Origin: a candidate division WWE3 bacterium UBA1379
GTDB taxonomy: Bacteria; Patescibacteriota; WWE3; UBA101185; UBA10185
DNA: 64,000 bases
Direction: 5' to 3'
Assembly: GCA_002305475.1 (NCBI GenBank)
Contig: DBRB01000019.1
Location: forward strand, 56,022 to 120,021
The notes below the pieces were generated by a model. That model was not told the origin of the DNA and ran no database searches. It was given only the letters and a program-made list of their open reading frames with translations. The first letter of the stretch is position 1; each line of letters begins with the position of its first letter. Position numbers and translations under genes: made by a program. This document shows positions 40,945-50,839 of the stretch, piece after piece.

Positions 40945-42093
40945 TTACCACTCTGTAGATTTGTTTGCTAAATCGATATAAACTGACCTCACTCTTTCCG
41001 TAAGTGGACGTCTTTGTTCTGATGAATTAACCAATACTTCATCTTTTAAAGTTCCTTCTTTATAATCTGTGGCTATCGTTGTTTTAGCTATATGATTTAT
41101 TTCTTCAAAAGTAAAGGGTATTTTTTGAATAATCACTTTATATCCAGCTGATGTTAATATTTCACCAAGTTCAGCTAGACCTTCATTAGAAATATCTTTA
41201 GGGAATCTCAATACTACTAGAGCATCTGTTGATGAAAAAGGAATAAAATCCAGATTATTACGAACTAATTCGTCATCTAACCTATCGTTTAAAGCCCTAA
41301 CAAAATCAAGATGTCCTTCCAGATCAAGCCCTAACAGTTTGGTACCTCGTTGAGTATTATCTTTTGATTCTGGTCCAGTTACATTCTGCAGCCATCTGCT
41401 TCTGAAAATACGGGTCTTGTCACCTTCTTTGTCCGTTGCTTCCCCGTTCAAATTATTTCTTAAACTACGCAAATAATCACCAAACTCCTCAGGAGTATAA
41501 GAAAACATTTCTAATGTACCTATTGGAAAGAAAATATTTTCTTGTTCTCTTGTAATTAGAGCATCAGGATCTACGTAAGGCCTGCCATATGCTTGTTTAA
41601 AACTCTCATCAAACCATTCGAGTGACACGGGCTTAGTTGCCTGAAGAACAACATCACGAGACGATGCATCTTCCTTCTTATCTGTAATCGGTGGAAATAT
41701 GTTTGGATCTACAACATAAACACTTTCAAGATCCTCAATAGTAACTGTATTCGAAACAAAACACGTGGCACATTCATTTAGTTGCAATGCACCAGATAAC
41801 CTTTCACCAAAAAAGCCTCTAAGCTGTGGTTTAATTATTTCAGCTAGTTCTTCCTCTTTCAACATATTTTGAGAACCAGTGAAGGATCTCAAATGTCTCT
41901 CCAATGCTCCTCTTATTCTACCGTATCCACCAAACCGATTATTTCCTCGCCACTCCCAAGTCGGATTAAATGCTTTTTTGACTGCATTTCTCCTTGAAGA
42001 ATCTGACTCTGCAGCAGAAAGTTCACTTTTTAACCCAACTCTATCTATTTTATCATTGGATTCTTCTAAGAGAGGGTTTTCATCTCTACTCAT
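40945..42093 (-). CDS. Hypothetical soluble protein (382 aa) with no recognisable domain
   Basis: Long ORF tightly packed between rnj (upstream) and ftsK (downstream) on the same strand. No TM and no motifs recognised. Confidence 0.55.
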   Translation of the reverse strand: MSRDENPLLEESNDKIDRVGLKSELSAAESDSSRRNAVKKAFNPTWEWRGNNRFGGYGRIRGALERHLRSFTGSQNMLKEEELAEIIKPQLRGFFGERLSGALQLNECATCFVSNTVTIEDLESVYVVDPNIFPPITDKKEDASSRDVVLQATKPVSLEWFDESFKQAYGRPYVDPDALITREQENIFFPIGTLEMFSYTPEEFGDYLRSLRNNLNGEATDKEGDKTRIFRSRWLQNVTGPESKDNTQRGTKLLGLDLEGHLDFVRALNDRLDDELVRNNLDFIPFSSTDALVVLRFPKDISNEGLAELGEILTSAGYKVIIQKIPFTFEEINHIAKTTIATDYKEGTLKDEVLVNSSEQRRPLTERVRSVYIDLANKSTEW

Positions 42094-42108
42094 ATATATC
42101 CAGTATAC

Positions 42109-43989
42109 CTACACATCCATACCATGCACAATCACCATCGGATTACGCCCGGTCTCTTTGTATAGAAATCTTCCGACATCTTTTTCTATCTTGCCTTTTA
42201 CTGCACCCCAGTCGTGTTTGAAAACCACATCAGTAGTAATATCACCGTTTACTGCATTAATTTCTACCAAATCACTTCCCTGGTCTTTTTTTTGCTTATC
42301 TTTCTTTCGGTTTTTCTTGCCGCCATTATCCTGATTTATCTGATTCCCATTCATCTTGTCAATAATTCTTCCAATTACATCCTTGGATCTGTTCATCAGT
42401 TCTTTTGATTCACGGACATAAATAAATCCGCGGGTAATTACCTCAATCTTATCTCTCAGTATTACCCCACCTCTCATCGGAACAACCACCACAAAAACCC
42501 CATCCGTAGACAACTGCTCGCGATCTTTTATTACCATCGGGCCGATTCCGGCCACCGAAGAACCATCAATGAGAATCTGCTTTAAAGTCAGACGTTCACC
42601 TCTTTTCGCATGACCGTCCGAAAATTCCACACTTTCTCCCTCCAGAAGTTCAAAGACACTGTTTTTATCAAATCCCAGTTTGGATACCAGATCCCTATAA
42701 GCTCTAGCTTTTGTTACTGTTCCTCCTATCGGAATAAAGTATTTAGGCCGGACAATGGAAGCGATAGTAGTTAAATCACCTTTAGGACCATGACCGGAAA
42801 CATGAAGATTCTCCTGAATCTTACTGTAGATTACTTCAGCTCCTCTTAAGGTCAACTGATCCATCAGTCTTTCCACATCTTCTTCCACACCGGGTGGGTT
42901 AGGATCGGCAGAAAAGACCACTAAACTATCCTGTTCCAATACAATGTTTGAATGTTCCCCTCTTGCTACTCTGTCCAAGGCAGAGCCCTGCTGTCCATAA
43001 CATCCGGCTATAATATAGACCAGATCTTTTTGTAGATAACGCATAGCATCTTCATCAGTAATAAACGCATCGTCAGGAAAAGGGAGATATCCAAGACCTC
43101 TGGCAACCCGTACACTCTGATCTATGGATCTTCCGGATAATGCCACTTTACGCTCCATTTTTAATGCTGCATCCGTAATCTGATATATTCTGGAAATATT
43201 TGAAGATATGGTTGTTACCATAATCTGTCTGTCGCTTGCCTGCTCAAAAAGTTCATGGAAAGTTGAGGAAAGACTTGTTTCCGATTTTGAATACCCATCG
43301 GTTGTTGCTCCCAGACAGTCGGACAATAGACATAAAACACCTTTTTCTCCAAATTCGGCTATTTTTGCCAGATCAATCGGTTTATCCAGAACCGGCGTCC
43401 AGTCTATTTTATAATCCGCCATATGAAGCACCATCCCAACAGGAGTTTTAATTGCCAGTCCCATTGAAGAGGGAACAGAGTGATTGACTCTAAATCCCGA
43501 AACGGTAAATGATCCGACCGTTACTTCTTCACCCTCCGAAGTCAATAAATGAAAACTGATATTCTCTCCAATACCTGAAAACCTTTTTTCTTTCAGACGT
43601 TCACCGATAAACCCCTGTACTAGTTTGTTCCCATAAATGGGTACGTTTACCTGTTTTAGCAGGTAGGGGATTGCTCCTATATGATCTTCATGACCATGTG
43701 TAATAAACAAACCTTTAAAACGGTGGGCATTCTCCACCAGATAGGTCATATCCGGAATCACAACATCCACACCAAGCATTTCTGAATCGGGATATCCGAT
43801 ACCGCAATCTACCGCGATAATATCGTCACCATATTCATATATGGTCATGTTTTTTGTGACACTTTCCGTACCGGAAAGCGTAATTATCTTTAATTTTTTG
43901 TCTTGTTCAGGGTTGTTTAAATTATCAATAGAAAAACTTCCCTGATTGATATTTATATTTTTCATCTTATCTGTGTTAATAAATTTCAT
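42109..43989 (-). CDS. rnj: Ribonuclease J (metallo-beta-lactamase/beta-CASP) with N- and C-terminal extensions
   Basis: 626 aa. HGHEDH motif (FITHGHEDHIG). Beta-CASP region. K-rich insertion/extension near the C-terminus. Confidence 0.88.
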   Translation of the reverse strand: MKFINTDKMKNININQGSFSIDNLNNPEQDKKLKIITLSGTESVTKNMTIYEYGDDIIAVDCGIGYPDSEMLGVDVVIPDMTYLVENAHRFKGLFITHGHEDHIGAIPYLLKQVNVPIYGNKLVQGFIGERLKEKRFSGIGENISFHLLTSEGEEVTVGSFTVSGFRVNHSVPSSMGLAIKTPVGMVLHMADYKIDWTPVLDKPIDLAKIAEFGEKGVLCLLSDCLGATTDGYSKSETSLSSTFHELFEQASDRQIMVTTISSNISRIYQITDAALKMERKVALSGRSIDQSVRVARGLGYLPFPDDAFITDEDAMRYLQKDLVYIIAGCYGQQGSALDRVARGEHSNIVLEQDSLVVFSADPNPPGVEEDVERLMDQLTLRGAEVIYSKIQENLHVSGHGPKGDLTTIASIVRPKYFIPIGGTVTKARAYRDLVSKLGFDKNSVFELLEGESVEFSDGHAKRGERLTLKQILIDGSSVAGIGPMVIKDREQLSTDGVFVVVVPMRGGVILRDKIEVITRGFIYVRESKELMNRSKDVIGRIIDKMNGNQINQDNGGKKNRKKDKQKKDQGSDLVEINAVNGDITTDVVFKHDWGAVKGKIEKDVGRFLYKETGRNPMVIVHGMDV

Positions 43990-44006
43990 AACTTAATATT
44001 TTTGAT

Positions 44007-44648
44007 TTAAAAAAGACCGGTTTGTCCGTCGTCTTTTGGTAATTTATTCATACCTCCCGGCTGCCGGGACTCCGACAGTTTAACCTTTGCTTCCTTTAAC
44101 ATTACAGGAATTTTCAGAAAATCTTCTTGCATAGCCTTGAACATTTCCGGATTTCTGAGAGCGGCGGCAGGGTGGTAAATGGGGTAAACCATATAATCAC
44201 CTAACTTTAACATTCTACCATGATCTCTGGAAATTTTACCATCAGGATAAAAATAGTTCATGGCAAACCGTCCCAGAGTCACTATCAATGCAGGTTTTAT
44301 CAGCTTTAATTGCATAGCCAAATACAATTCACAGGCTGCAATTTCATCTGGTAGTGGGTCGCGGTTTTCCGGAGGACGATGTTTAATAATATTTCCGATC
44401 CAAACATCTTCACGTTTGTAGTCGATTTTTTTCAGCATTGTTTCAAGAAGATTTCCGGCCCTGCCCACAAATGGTCTTCCTGTTTTATCTTCCACAGCAC
44501 CCGGAGCTTCTCCAACAAAAGCCAGATCAGCATCAATATTTCCTTCTCCTGGCACGCCGTGTTTAGCAGTCTTATATAATCGGCATTTCCGACAGTTATG
44601 AACATTTTTTGCTATTTGCTCCATTAACTCTTTTTTATTCCCCGTCAT
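44007..44648 (-). CDS. Uracil-DNA glycosylase, family 4 (Fe-S type)
   Basis: 213 aa. N-terminal Cys cluster (CRKCRL…). GEAPGAVEDKTGRPFVGRAG motif A. IYHPAAALRN motif B. Confidence 0.88.
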   Translation of the reverse strand: MTGNKKELMEQIAKNVHNCRKCRLYKTAKHGVPGEGNIDADLAFVGEAPGAVEDKTGRPFVGRAGNLLETMLKKIDYKREDVWIGNIIKHRPPENRDPLPDEIAACELYLAMQLKLIKPALIVTLGRFAMNYFYPDGKISRDHGRMLKLGDYMVYPIYHPAAALRNPEMFKAMQEDFLKIPVMLKEAKVKLSESRQPGGMNKLPKDDGQTGLF

Positions 44649-45037
44649 ACAGATGCTTTCCTTTTATCAATAACCCACCTAAGCACGAAATAAAATATGG
44701 CATTGCATAATATCAATAAAATATAAATAAATAAATTTTCAGTATCTACACTCAATAATTCCATAACTAATAACCATGCTACTGAAGCAATAAAACTTGC
44801 AGGTACAACATATATAAAACCTGCGGGAAAAATAATAAGATCATCAATAAAAGCATTCTCAGATTAAACCTGATTATAAATAAAGCTGAGGAGTTATCAT
44901 CTGCTAAAAACTGAACACAAGGAGGATAGTACGATAAAAAATGTAGTGCGTAGGACAGTAAAACCAGCAGTAAATAACCATACAATAAGCGAAATCTCCA
45001 CATCTTTAAGTAGTTTTGTTTTAGCATATTACTGTCT

Positions 45038-46126
45038 CTACTTAGGTAGATAATACTTCAGATTCTCCTGCGTTAAATATACTCCCTGTGATTTTCCGCT
45101 CACAATTTCCAAAGCTACCTTTCTACAGATTGCTTCCAGCGTCCTTCCCAAACTTCTTATACCACTGTCATATCCAAAAGGTCTAACAATTCCCGGCCAT
45201 AGATTAGGATCAATCTGCAGCTCACCTTCCTTCAGTCCGGTCCGTTCATATATTTTAGGGAGTAAATAATCTCTGGCAATCACGATTTTTTCATCATCGG
45301 TATAGGAAGGCATTTTAATCACTTCCATACGATCCATCACCGGTGTAGAGATCGTTCCCGTATTGTTTGCCGAACAGATGAATAATACCTCGGATAGATT
45401 AACCGGAAAATCCACATAATGATCCCGGAATTCCGGGTTCTGGTTAGGATCAAGTATTTCCAAAAGTGTAGCCATAACATCAGCTCTCAAACCGGTTTCC
45501 CCGCTGGCTTTTTCAATTTCATCCAGAAGAATTAAGGGGTTACGCACTTTTGTTTTTATCAGTGCTTTGATAATCTGACCCGGTTCAGCTTCAGGATAAA
45601 CTTTGCTTCTTCCTCTTAATTCCAGGGTAGATCCGATAGCACCGATTGATATACGGACAAATTCCCTACCCAAGGCTTCCGCAACCGACATCGCCAGCGT
45701 AGTTTTACCAATACCCTGAAGTCCTACCAGAAGCAAGATTGGTGTTTTTGCCGTAATATCCCCCCCTCTTTCTTTGATCAACTTAAGAGTAGCCAGATAT
45801 TCAATAATACGATCCTTAACCCACTCCATCCCGAAATGGTTTTTATCCAGTATCTTTTTAGCTTCTTCTAAATCCAAAGTATCTTCAGTACGTGTTACCC
45901 AGGGAATGGAAGTGACAACATCGATATAACGGGCTAAAGTATCAAATTCCTCCGCATAATGCCCGATTTGCGCCATACGGTTTAAACGCTCAAGCATCTG
46001 ATTTAGACGCTCTCTTAAAAGATCAGGCATCCCTTCAGTCTGTTCTACTTTGTCGGATAAACTTTTCAGTTCTTTAAATAAAAAGTCATCTTGTTTTTGA
46101 ATATCAATAGTTTTTGTATCTGTCAT
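45038..46126 (-). CDS. Lon-like AAA+ ATPase module lacking the LAN N-domain and the S16 protease domain
   Basis: 362 aa. Walker A GLQGIGKTTLAMSVAEALGREFVRISIG (compare Lon [24 protein letters not shown]). Walker B NPLILLDEIEKAS. Sensor-2 region SLGRTLEAICRKVA (compare Lon RNLEREI.K.CRK). The ORF ends right after the AAA+ alpha-helical lid, so no Ser-Lys protease domain follows. Confidence 0.7.
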   Translation of the reverse strand: MTDTKTIDIQKQDDFLFKELKSLSDKVEQTEGMPDLLRERLNQMLERLNRMAQIGHYAEEFDTLARYIDVVTSIPWVTRTEDTLDLEEAKKILDKNHFGMEWVKDRIIEYLATLKLIKERGGDITAKTPILLLVGLQGIGKTTLAMSVAEALGREFVRISIGAIGSTLELRGRSKVYPEAEPGQIIKALIKTKVRNPLILLDEIEKASGETGLRADVMATLLEILDPNQNPEFRDHYVDFPVNLSEVLFICSANNTGTISTPVMDRMEVIKMPSYTDDEKIVIARDYLLPKIYERTGLKEGELQIDPNLWPGIVRPFGYDSGIRSLGRTLEAICRKVALEIVSGKSQGVYLTQENLKYYLPK

Positions 46127-46148
46127 ATTTCAAAAGAATTCTGCAAAT

Positions 46149-47099
46149 CTATTGGATAACCAGCTCATTGTATCCCGTACTTAGGATAATTTCGAGATCC
46201 TGTTTAGCTCTGTCTGATCCATATTTCTCAACTATATTAGAAAGATCCTTTTTTATATCATCATTAAAAAACATTATCAGTAAATGCCCTTCCCGAGGTA
46301 GTACCGCTTTAGCTGTTGCATACTTTTGGTTTAAACCAAGATTCGTTTCCTTCTTTTGACCTGCTGATTCTGACTGCTCAATTAATGCATCGTTTGTTGC
46401 CATTAATAATTTATCTTCTATCACCTTATGCTTAAAACTTCCCTCAAATCCTTCCAGCAATTCAATAATTTTCTTATCCACACCATCGGTTTCTTTTAGC
46501 AAAGTTACAGCACCCCATTCCAGATTCCCTTCATTCCTTAAAGCATAGATAACAAACGGGTCATCCAATAATAGATTAAAGAGTTTAAGATAAACTGCTT
46601 CTTCTGTTGTATTCAGGTAAGTATTGGAAAAGTCTTTATAGCTGTGACCCTCAATATAAAGCTCGGCATCTTTAGGCACAAAGTCTAAAAGACTATGCGT
46701 ATTAAAAATTTTGGAAGGCCATGTGTAACCAAACTGCAGAGTATTGGGAACAGCAGCTACATTGTTTTCCATAATAATCCGATTGATTCTCACGGACTGG
46801 CTGTTACTGCGGTAAATGAGAACAATATTGATCAGAACAGATATTCCCGCCACAATAAGAATCAGGCTTCTTTTCAGATCCTGGTTGTCCAGAATAAACC
46901 CCAGATGCTTTTGAATCTGCTGACTGATCATACCTGAAAAAAAGGACTTACCGGATGACTGAGGAATATATCGTGTGATCTGTGTAATCACAGGTTGTCT
47001 TACCAGATTGGCATCAAGAGGATTGGCACAGCTAGCACAAAAGTAGTATTCATTATTACCTAAAATTGATTTGCACTTGGGGCAGACTCTTACAGACAT
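46149..47099 (-). CDS. Zinc-ribbon / single-TM / extracytoplasmic-domain protein of unknown function
   Basis: 316 aa. N-terminal CPKC…CASC zinc ribbon. One TM (SLILIVAGISVLINIVLIY). ~220-aa C-terminal domain. Lies 23 bp upstream of the Lon-like gene (likely operon). Confidence 0.55.
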   Translation of the reverse strand: MSVRVCPKCKSILGNNEYYFCASCANPLDANLVRQPVITQITRYIPQSSGKSFFSGMISQQIQKHLGFILDNQDLKRSLILIVAGISVLINIVLIYRSNSQSVRINRIIMENNVAAVPNTLQFGYTWPSKIFNTHSLLDFVPKDAELYIEGHSYKDFSNTYLNTTEEAVYLKLFNLLLDDPFVIYALRNEGNLEWGAVTLLKETDGVDKKIIELLEGFEGSFKHKVIEDKLLMATNDALIEQSESAGQKKETNLGLNQKYATAKAVLPREGHLLIMFFNDDIKKDLSNIVEKYGSDRAKQDLEIILSTGYNELVIQ

Positions 47100-47180
47100 T
47101 AAAAATATGATATCACAATAATCCGTTAACTAAGTAATATTTTTACCGGCAAACTGCTAAATATTAAATTTTGTATTGGT

Positions 47181-47223
47181 AAAAAACGGGGAAAAGAAAC
47201 ACCCCCTCATAATGAGAGGGTGT
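47181..47223 (-). terminator. Rho-independent terminator downstream of pnp
   Basis: Minus strand: stem CCCTC/GAGGG (with extra flanking pairs) around loop ATAATGA, followed by TTCTTTTCCCCGTTTTTT, just after the pnp stop (47251). Confidence 0.6.
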
Positions 47224-47250
47224 CTTGTTATTCCTAATAATAAAAAGGGC

Positions 47251-49470
47251 TTAGTACCTTTTTCCCCGATCCCTAAAACCTCTGTTATTTCCCCTTCCAC
47301 CGCGGTTATTTCGTTCTCCTCTTGCGGGTCTTCCGCGATATCCTTCAGCATCAGCATTGCTATTGGAAGCACCGGGTTCCAGAGCTTTCTTGGATAAGCT
47401 AACCTTACCGTCTCGGGTAGTTTCAATCACTTTTACCGTAACGGCATCTCCAACTTTTAATACATCATGAACTGAAGATACGTATGAATTGGAAATTTCA
47501 CTGACATGTAAAAGACCCTGCTTTCCGGGAAGTATTTCCACAAAAGCTCCGAAATCCACTAATTCTTTTACAACACCTTCATAAACGTCTCCGACTTTAA
47601 CATCCTCGACCATTGCATTCACCAGATCAATAGCTTTTTTAGCGTCTTCTTCATTAATAGCTGAAGCGGTTACTGTGCCGTCTTCATCAATTGCCAACTC
47701 TGCTCCGGTTCTTTCCTGAAGCTCTTTAATGGTTCTTCCTCCAGAACCGATAATCAATCCGATCTTTTCCACGGCTATGGTTGTAGTAAATGACTTAGGA
47801 GCATACTGAGATACTTTATTCTTCGGTTCTTTGATGGTTTTTTCCATTTCATCAAGAACATGCATTCTTCCTTCTTTTGACTGTTCCATGATTTTCGGAA
47901 GCAATGCAAAAGGTATACCTTTGGCTTTGATATCTGCCTGAATGGCAGTGACACCATTTCTGGTTCCCGTCATCTTAAAGTCCATAAATCCGAAAGCATC
48001 CTCAAGATATGCCAGGTCAGTCATAATCAGCTGCTTGGACATATCATCATTCACAATCAGACCAACCCCCACACCTGCCACCATTTCTTTGATAGGTACA
48101 CCGGCATCCATTAATGCCAAAGTTGATCCGCAGGTTGCAGCCATGGAGCTGGAACCGCTGCTAGATAATGTCTCTGACATCAGAATGATAGTGTATGGAA
48201 ATTCTCTTTGGGTAGGAATTACCGGTCTTAGTGCTTTTTCAGCAAGCATACCGTGACCTATCTCCCTAGATCCGGGAGCTCCTACTCTTCCGGTTTCACC
48301 GACCGAATACGGAGGAAAGTTGTAGTAGTGAATGTATCTTTTGGTAGTTTCTCCGTACATGTTCTGAATAAACAATTCCAGTGAAGGAGAACCTAAAGTA
48401 GCTACTGTCATCACCTGAGTGACACCTCTGGAGAAGATAGCACTTCCGTGAGTTCTGGGAAGGACACCGATTTCAGTGGTGATAGGTCTGATATCCTTAA
48501 CACCGCGTCCGTCAGGTCTTTTTCCTTCATCCAAAATCATGTGCTGCAATGCATGTTTCTCCACTTCGGAAAAAGCTTTAGCCATATCTGCTTTCTTGTA
48601 TTTACCTTCATATTTGGTAATTATTTCCGTCAACAGATTTTCCTGAGCATCTTTAAGTTTTGTCTTGTCAAACCCCTGGCTTAACATTTCCAGAATCCTG
48701 GGTTTAGCAATTTCTTCCACATCCTTCATTAACTGCAGATCCAGCGTTTTTGAAACATATGCCTGTTTTTTCCCCTCAGGGTTTACTGCCTTGGCAAATT
48801 CATCAATGAAAGATACCAAAGAAGCGCTTTCCCTTCTGGCAAATTCCATGGCACCAAGAATCTTTTCCTCGGGGACAATCTTTGCTTCTGCTTCTACGGC
48901 TAAAAATCTTTGGTCTTCATCCACGAAGGAAATCATCATCTCCAGTTCACTTTTTTCATCCAGATCTTTAAGTGTAGGGTTCAGTTTGTAATCTCCGTCA
49001 AAAAATCCGACTCTTGCTGAAACCATGGGACCTTCCCATGGAATATCAGATGCATGTAAACAAGCTGAGGTTGCAATCATACTTAAAAATTCAGGATCGG
49101 ATGACTCATCTAAAGACAATACGGTAGCAATCACCTGCACTTCATCCCCAAAATCAGAAGGAAAGAGAGGTCTGATTGCATGATCAATCAATCTGCGGGT
49201 AACTACTGCTTCATCAGTAGGCTTACCATCTCTTTTCACAAAACGTGAAGTTTTTATTGACCCACTGGCATAAAGTTTTTCTTCATAAACAACTGTCAGA
49301 GGGAAAAAGTCTGTATCTGCAGCTGCGGGAGCGGTTACTGCTGTTACAAGAACAACTGTATCACCATAAGTAGCCTTAACAGCCATGTTGGCTTGCATAG
49401 CAAGCTTGCCTGTTTCCAAAATCAGAGGTTTACCTCCAAAATTGATTTCTTTTTTAATATATTTATTCAT
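47251..49470 (-). CDS. pnp: Polynucleotide phosphorylase with an Arg/Gly-rich C-terminal tail
   Basis: 739 aa. Two RNase PH domains, KH (…GSGGRTIKEL…) and S1 domains. Tail GYRGRPARGERNNRGGRGNNRGFRDRGKRY. Confidence 0.95.
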   Translation of the reverse strand: MNKYIKKEINFGGKPLILETGKLAMQANMAVKATYGDTVVLVTAVTAPAAADTDFFPLTVVYEEKLYASGSIKTSRFVKRDGKPTDEAVVTRRLIDHAIRPLFPSDFGDEVQVIATVLSLDESSDPEFLSMIATSACLHASDIPWEGPMVSARVGFFDGDYKLNPTLKDLDEKSELEMMISFVDEDQRFLAVEAEAKIVPEEKILGAMEFARRESASLVSFIDEFAKAVNPEGKKQAYVSKTLDLQLMKDVEEIAKPRILEMLSQGFDKTKLKDAQENLLTEIITKYEGKYKKADMAKAFSEVEKHALQHMILDEGKRPDGRGVKDIRPITTEIGVLPRTHGSAIFSRGVTQVMTVATLGSPSLELFIQNMYGETTKRYIHYYNFPPYSVGETGRVGAPGSREIGHGMLAEKALRPVIPTQREFPYTIILMSETLSSSGSSSMAATCGSTLALMDAGVPIKEMVAGVGVGLIVNDDMSKQLIMTDLAYLEDAFGFMDFKMTGTRNGVTAIQADIKAKGIPFALLPKIMEQSKEGRMHVLDEMEKTIKEPKNKVSQYAPKSFTTTIAVEKIGLIIGSGGRTIKELQERTGAELAIDEDGTVTASAINEEDAKKAIDLVNAMVEDVKVGDVYEGVVKELVDFGAFVEILPGKQGLLHVSEISNSYVSSVHDVLKVGDAVTVKVIETTRDGKVSLSKKALEPGASNSNADAEGYRGRPARGERNNRGGRGNNRGFRDRGKRY

Positions 49471-49646
49471 TTTTTCCTTTCACGGTAAATCTTGCCTGGG
49501 TACAGGGTTTTATTCTGCCGGCAGACCTGAATGTAAATAAGGGGATTAAGAGATGCAATACTGAGCACGTTATGTTTCCTGCACAATATTTCACACCTTA
49601 ATCCCAAGATTCACCTTAAATTAACTTTACAACAATACTAAAATAA

Positions 49647-49916
49647 TTACTTAGACAGCTCCAGTTTTTCAACCAAAGCAGTATATCTGTCTTCATCTTT
49701 TGATTTAAGATAGGACAGAAGTCTTCTTCTTTTATTAACCATCTGCAAAAGACCTCTTCTTGAGTGATTGTCTTTCTTATGATTTTTCAGATGATCGGTT
49801 AATCGTGCGATCTGTTCGGACAACAATGCTACCTGGACTTCTGGAGAGCCTGTATCACCTTCGTGAACCCTGCTGGTTCTTATTATTTGTGCTTTTTTAT
49901 CCTTAACTAATGCCAT
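49647..49916 (-). CDS. rpsO: 30S ribosomal protein S15
   Basis: 89 aa. …[39 protein letters not shown] is a canonical S15. Lies upstream of pnp as in E. coli. Confidence 0.95.
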   Translation of the reverse strand: MALVKDKKAQIIRTSRVHEGDTGSPEVQVALLSEQIARLTDHLKNHKKDNHSRRGLLQMVNKRRRLLSYLKSKDEDRYTALVEKLELSK

Positions 49917-49985
49917 AATTTTATTCTCCGGACGGAAAAATTAGTGGAGCAGGTTCATTCAAACGTAGCTATATTAGCAAAAAAC

Positions 49986-50660
49986 CTATTTGTGATCAAC
50001 CCTTTTCTCCCTATAAGTCATTCCGGTCAGAAGGGCTTTAGCTGCTTTAGTAGTGGGAACCAATCCCCATTCATATGCATTCTTATATATCACAAGACTC
50101 AAACTCTCGGATGAGGGGTCTATCAAAGCCGCATCTCCATATTTTGTATTTTGCTCGGTATTATCAATATTTATTATCTTGGCAGATCTTATTTCCTGCT
50201 CCAGTTCTCTATAAGTGCTACCCAGATCCTCGGCATCCAGTACACCTATCGTAATAATAAGATCAAAATTAAATCCGCTAACTGTTGCTCTTACTCTATT
50301 ATCAATGTCAAAATCCCTAGAAATAGGACCGACTTTTAAAATCAGAACGTCATTTTCCGTTGAATAATGCACTTTAGCTGCCGGGGTTCCTGCATAATCT
50401 ATCAAAACAAGCAACTCTCTTTCGGTAATATTGGAAACCACATCTTCCTTTGCTATCAGGTCTTCACAGATATCAGGACATTTTCCGGGGTAGATGAACG
50501 ATACTTTCTTCTCTTTGGCGGTCAGCATATGATAAAGACCAACGCCTGCAGAAAAAGCATCCGGTCCGGCAACTTTTGAGGGAATAATGGCAATATGTTT
50601 TGCCCCATCAATCAAGCCGGTGATTTTTTTATCAATGTTAGTATCAAGCAATTCAACCAT
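49986..50660 (-). CDS. DHH-family phosphoesterase-like protein with a degenerate DHH motif (NrnA-like N-domain only)
   Basis: 224 aa. HIAIIPSKVAGPDAFSAGVGLYHML resembles DHH motif I/II. The expected DHH triad position reads NIDNT. No DHHA1 domain. Confidence 0.4.
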   Translation of the reverse strand: MVELLDTNIDKKITGLIDGAKHIAIIPSKVAGPDAFSAGVGLYHMLTAKEKKVSFIYPGKCPDICEDLIAKEDVVSNITERELLVLIDYAGTPAAKVHYSTENDVLILKVGPISRDFDIDNRVRATVSGFNFDLIITIGVLDAEDLGSTYRELEQEIRSAKIINIDNTEQNTKYGDAALIDPSSESLSLVIYKNAYEWGLVPTTKAAKALLTGMTYREKRVDHK

Positions 50661-50839
50661 ATTAATTTTTATCGGGCGTTTATTTTTAGCAGAATATTCC
50701 TATGTAACTATAGGATAAGTAAATACCTTTCTTCATTTCTTCAAGACAGGTGATTATATCAAATCAAAACTATAGGGTCAATGCTTTAATTTGGCGCTTA
50801 TCCCATGACGTCACGTAGATAGTCTGTTATAGTGTTTAT

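Noticed and set aside
44779-45027. 82-aa Leu-rich ORF between UDG and the Lon-like gene
   Set aside because: Extremely low-complexity (poly-Leu/Tyr) translation in an AT-rich spacer, most likely non-coding. Could not be supported as a membrane peptide.
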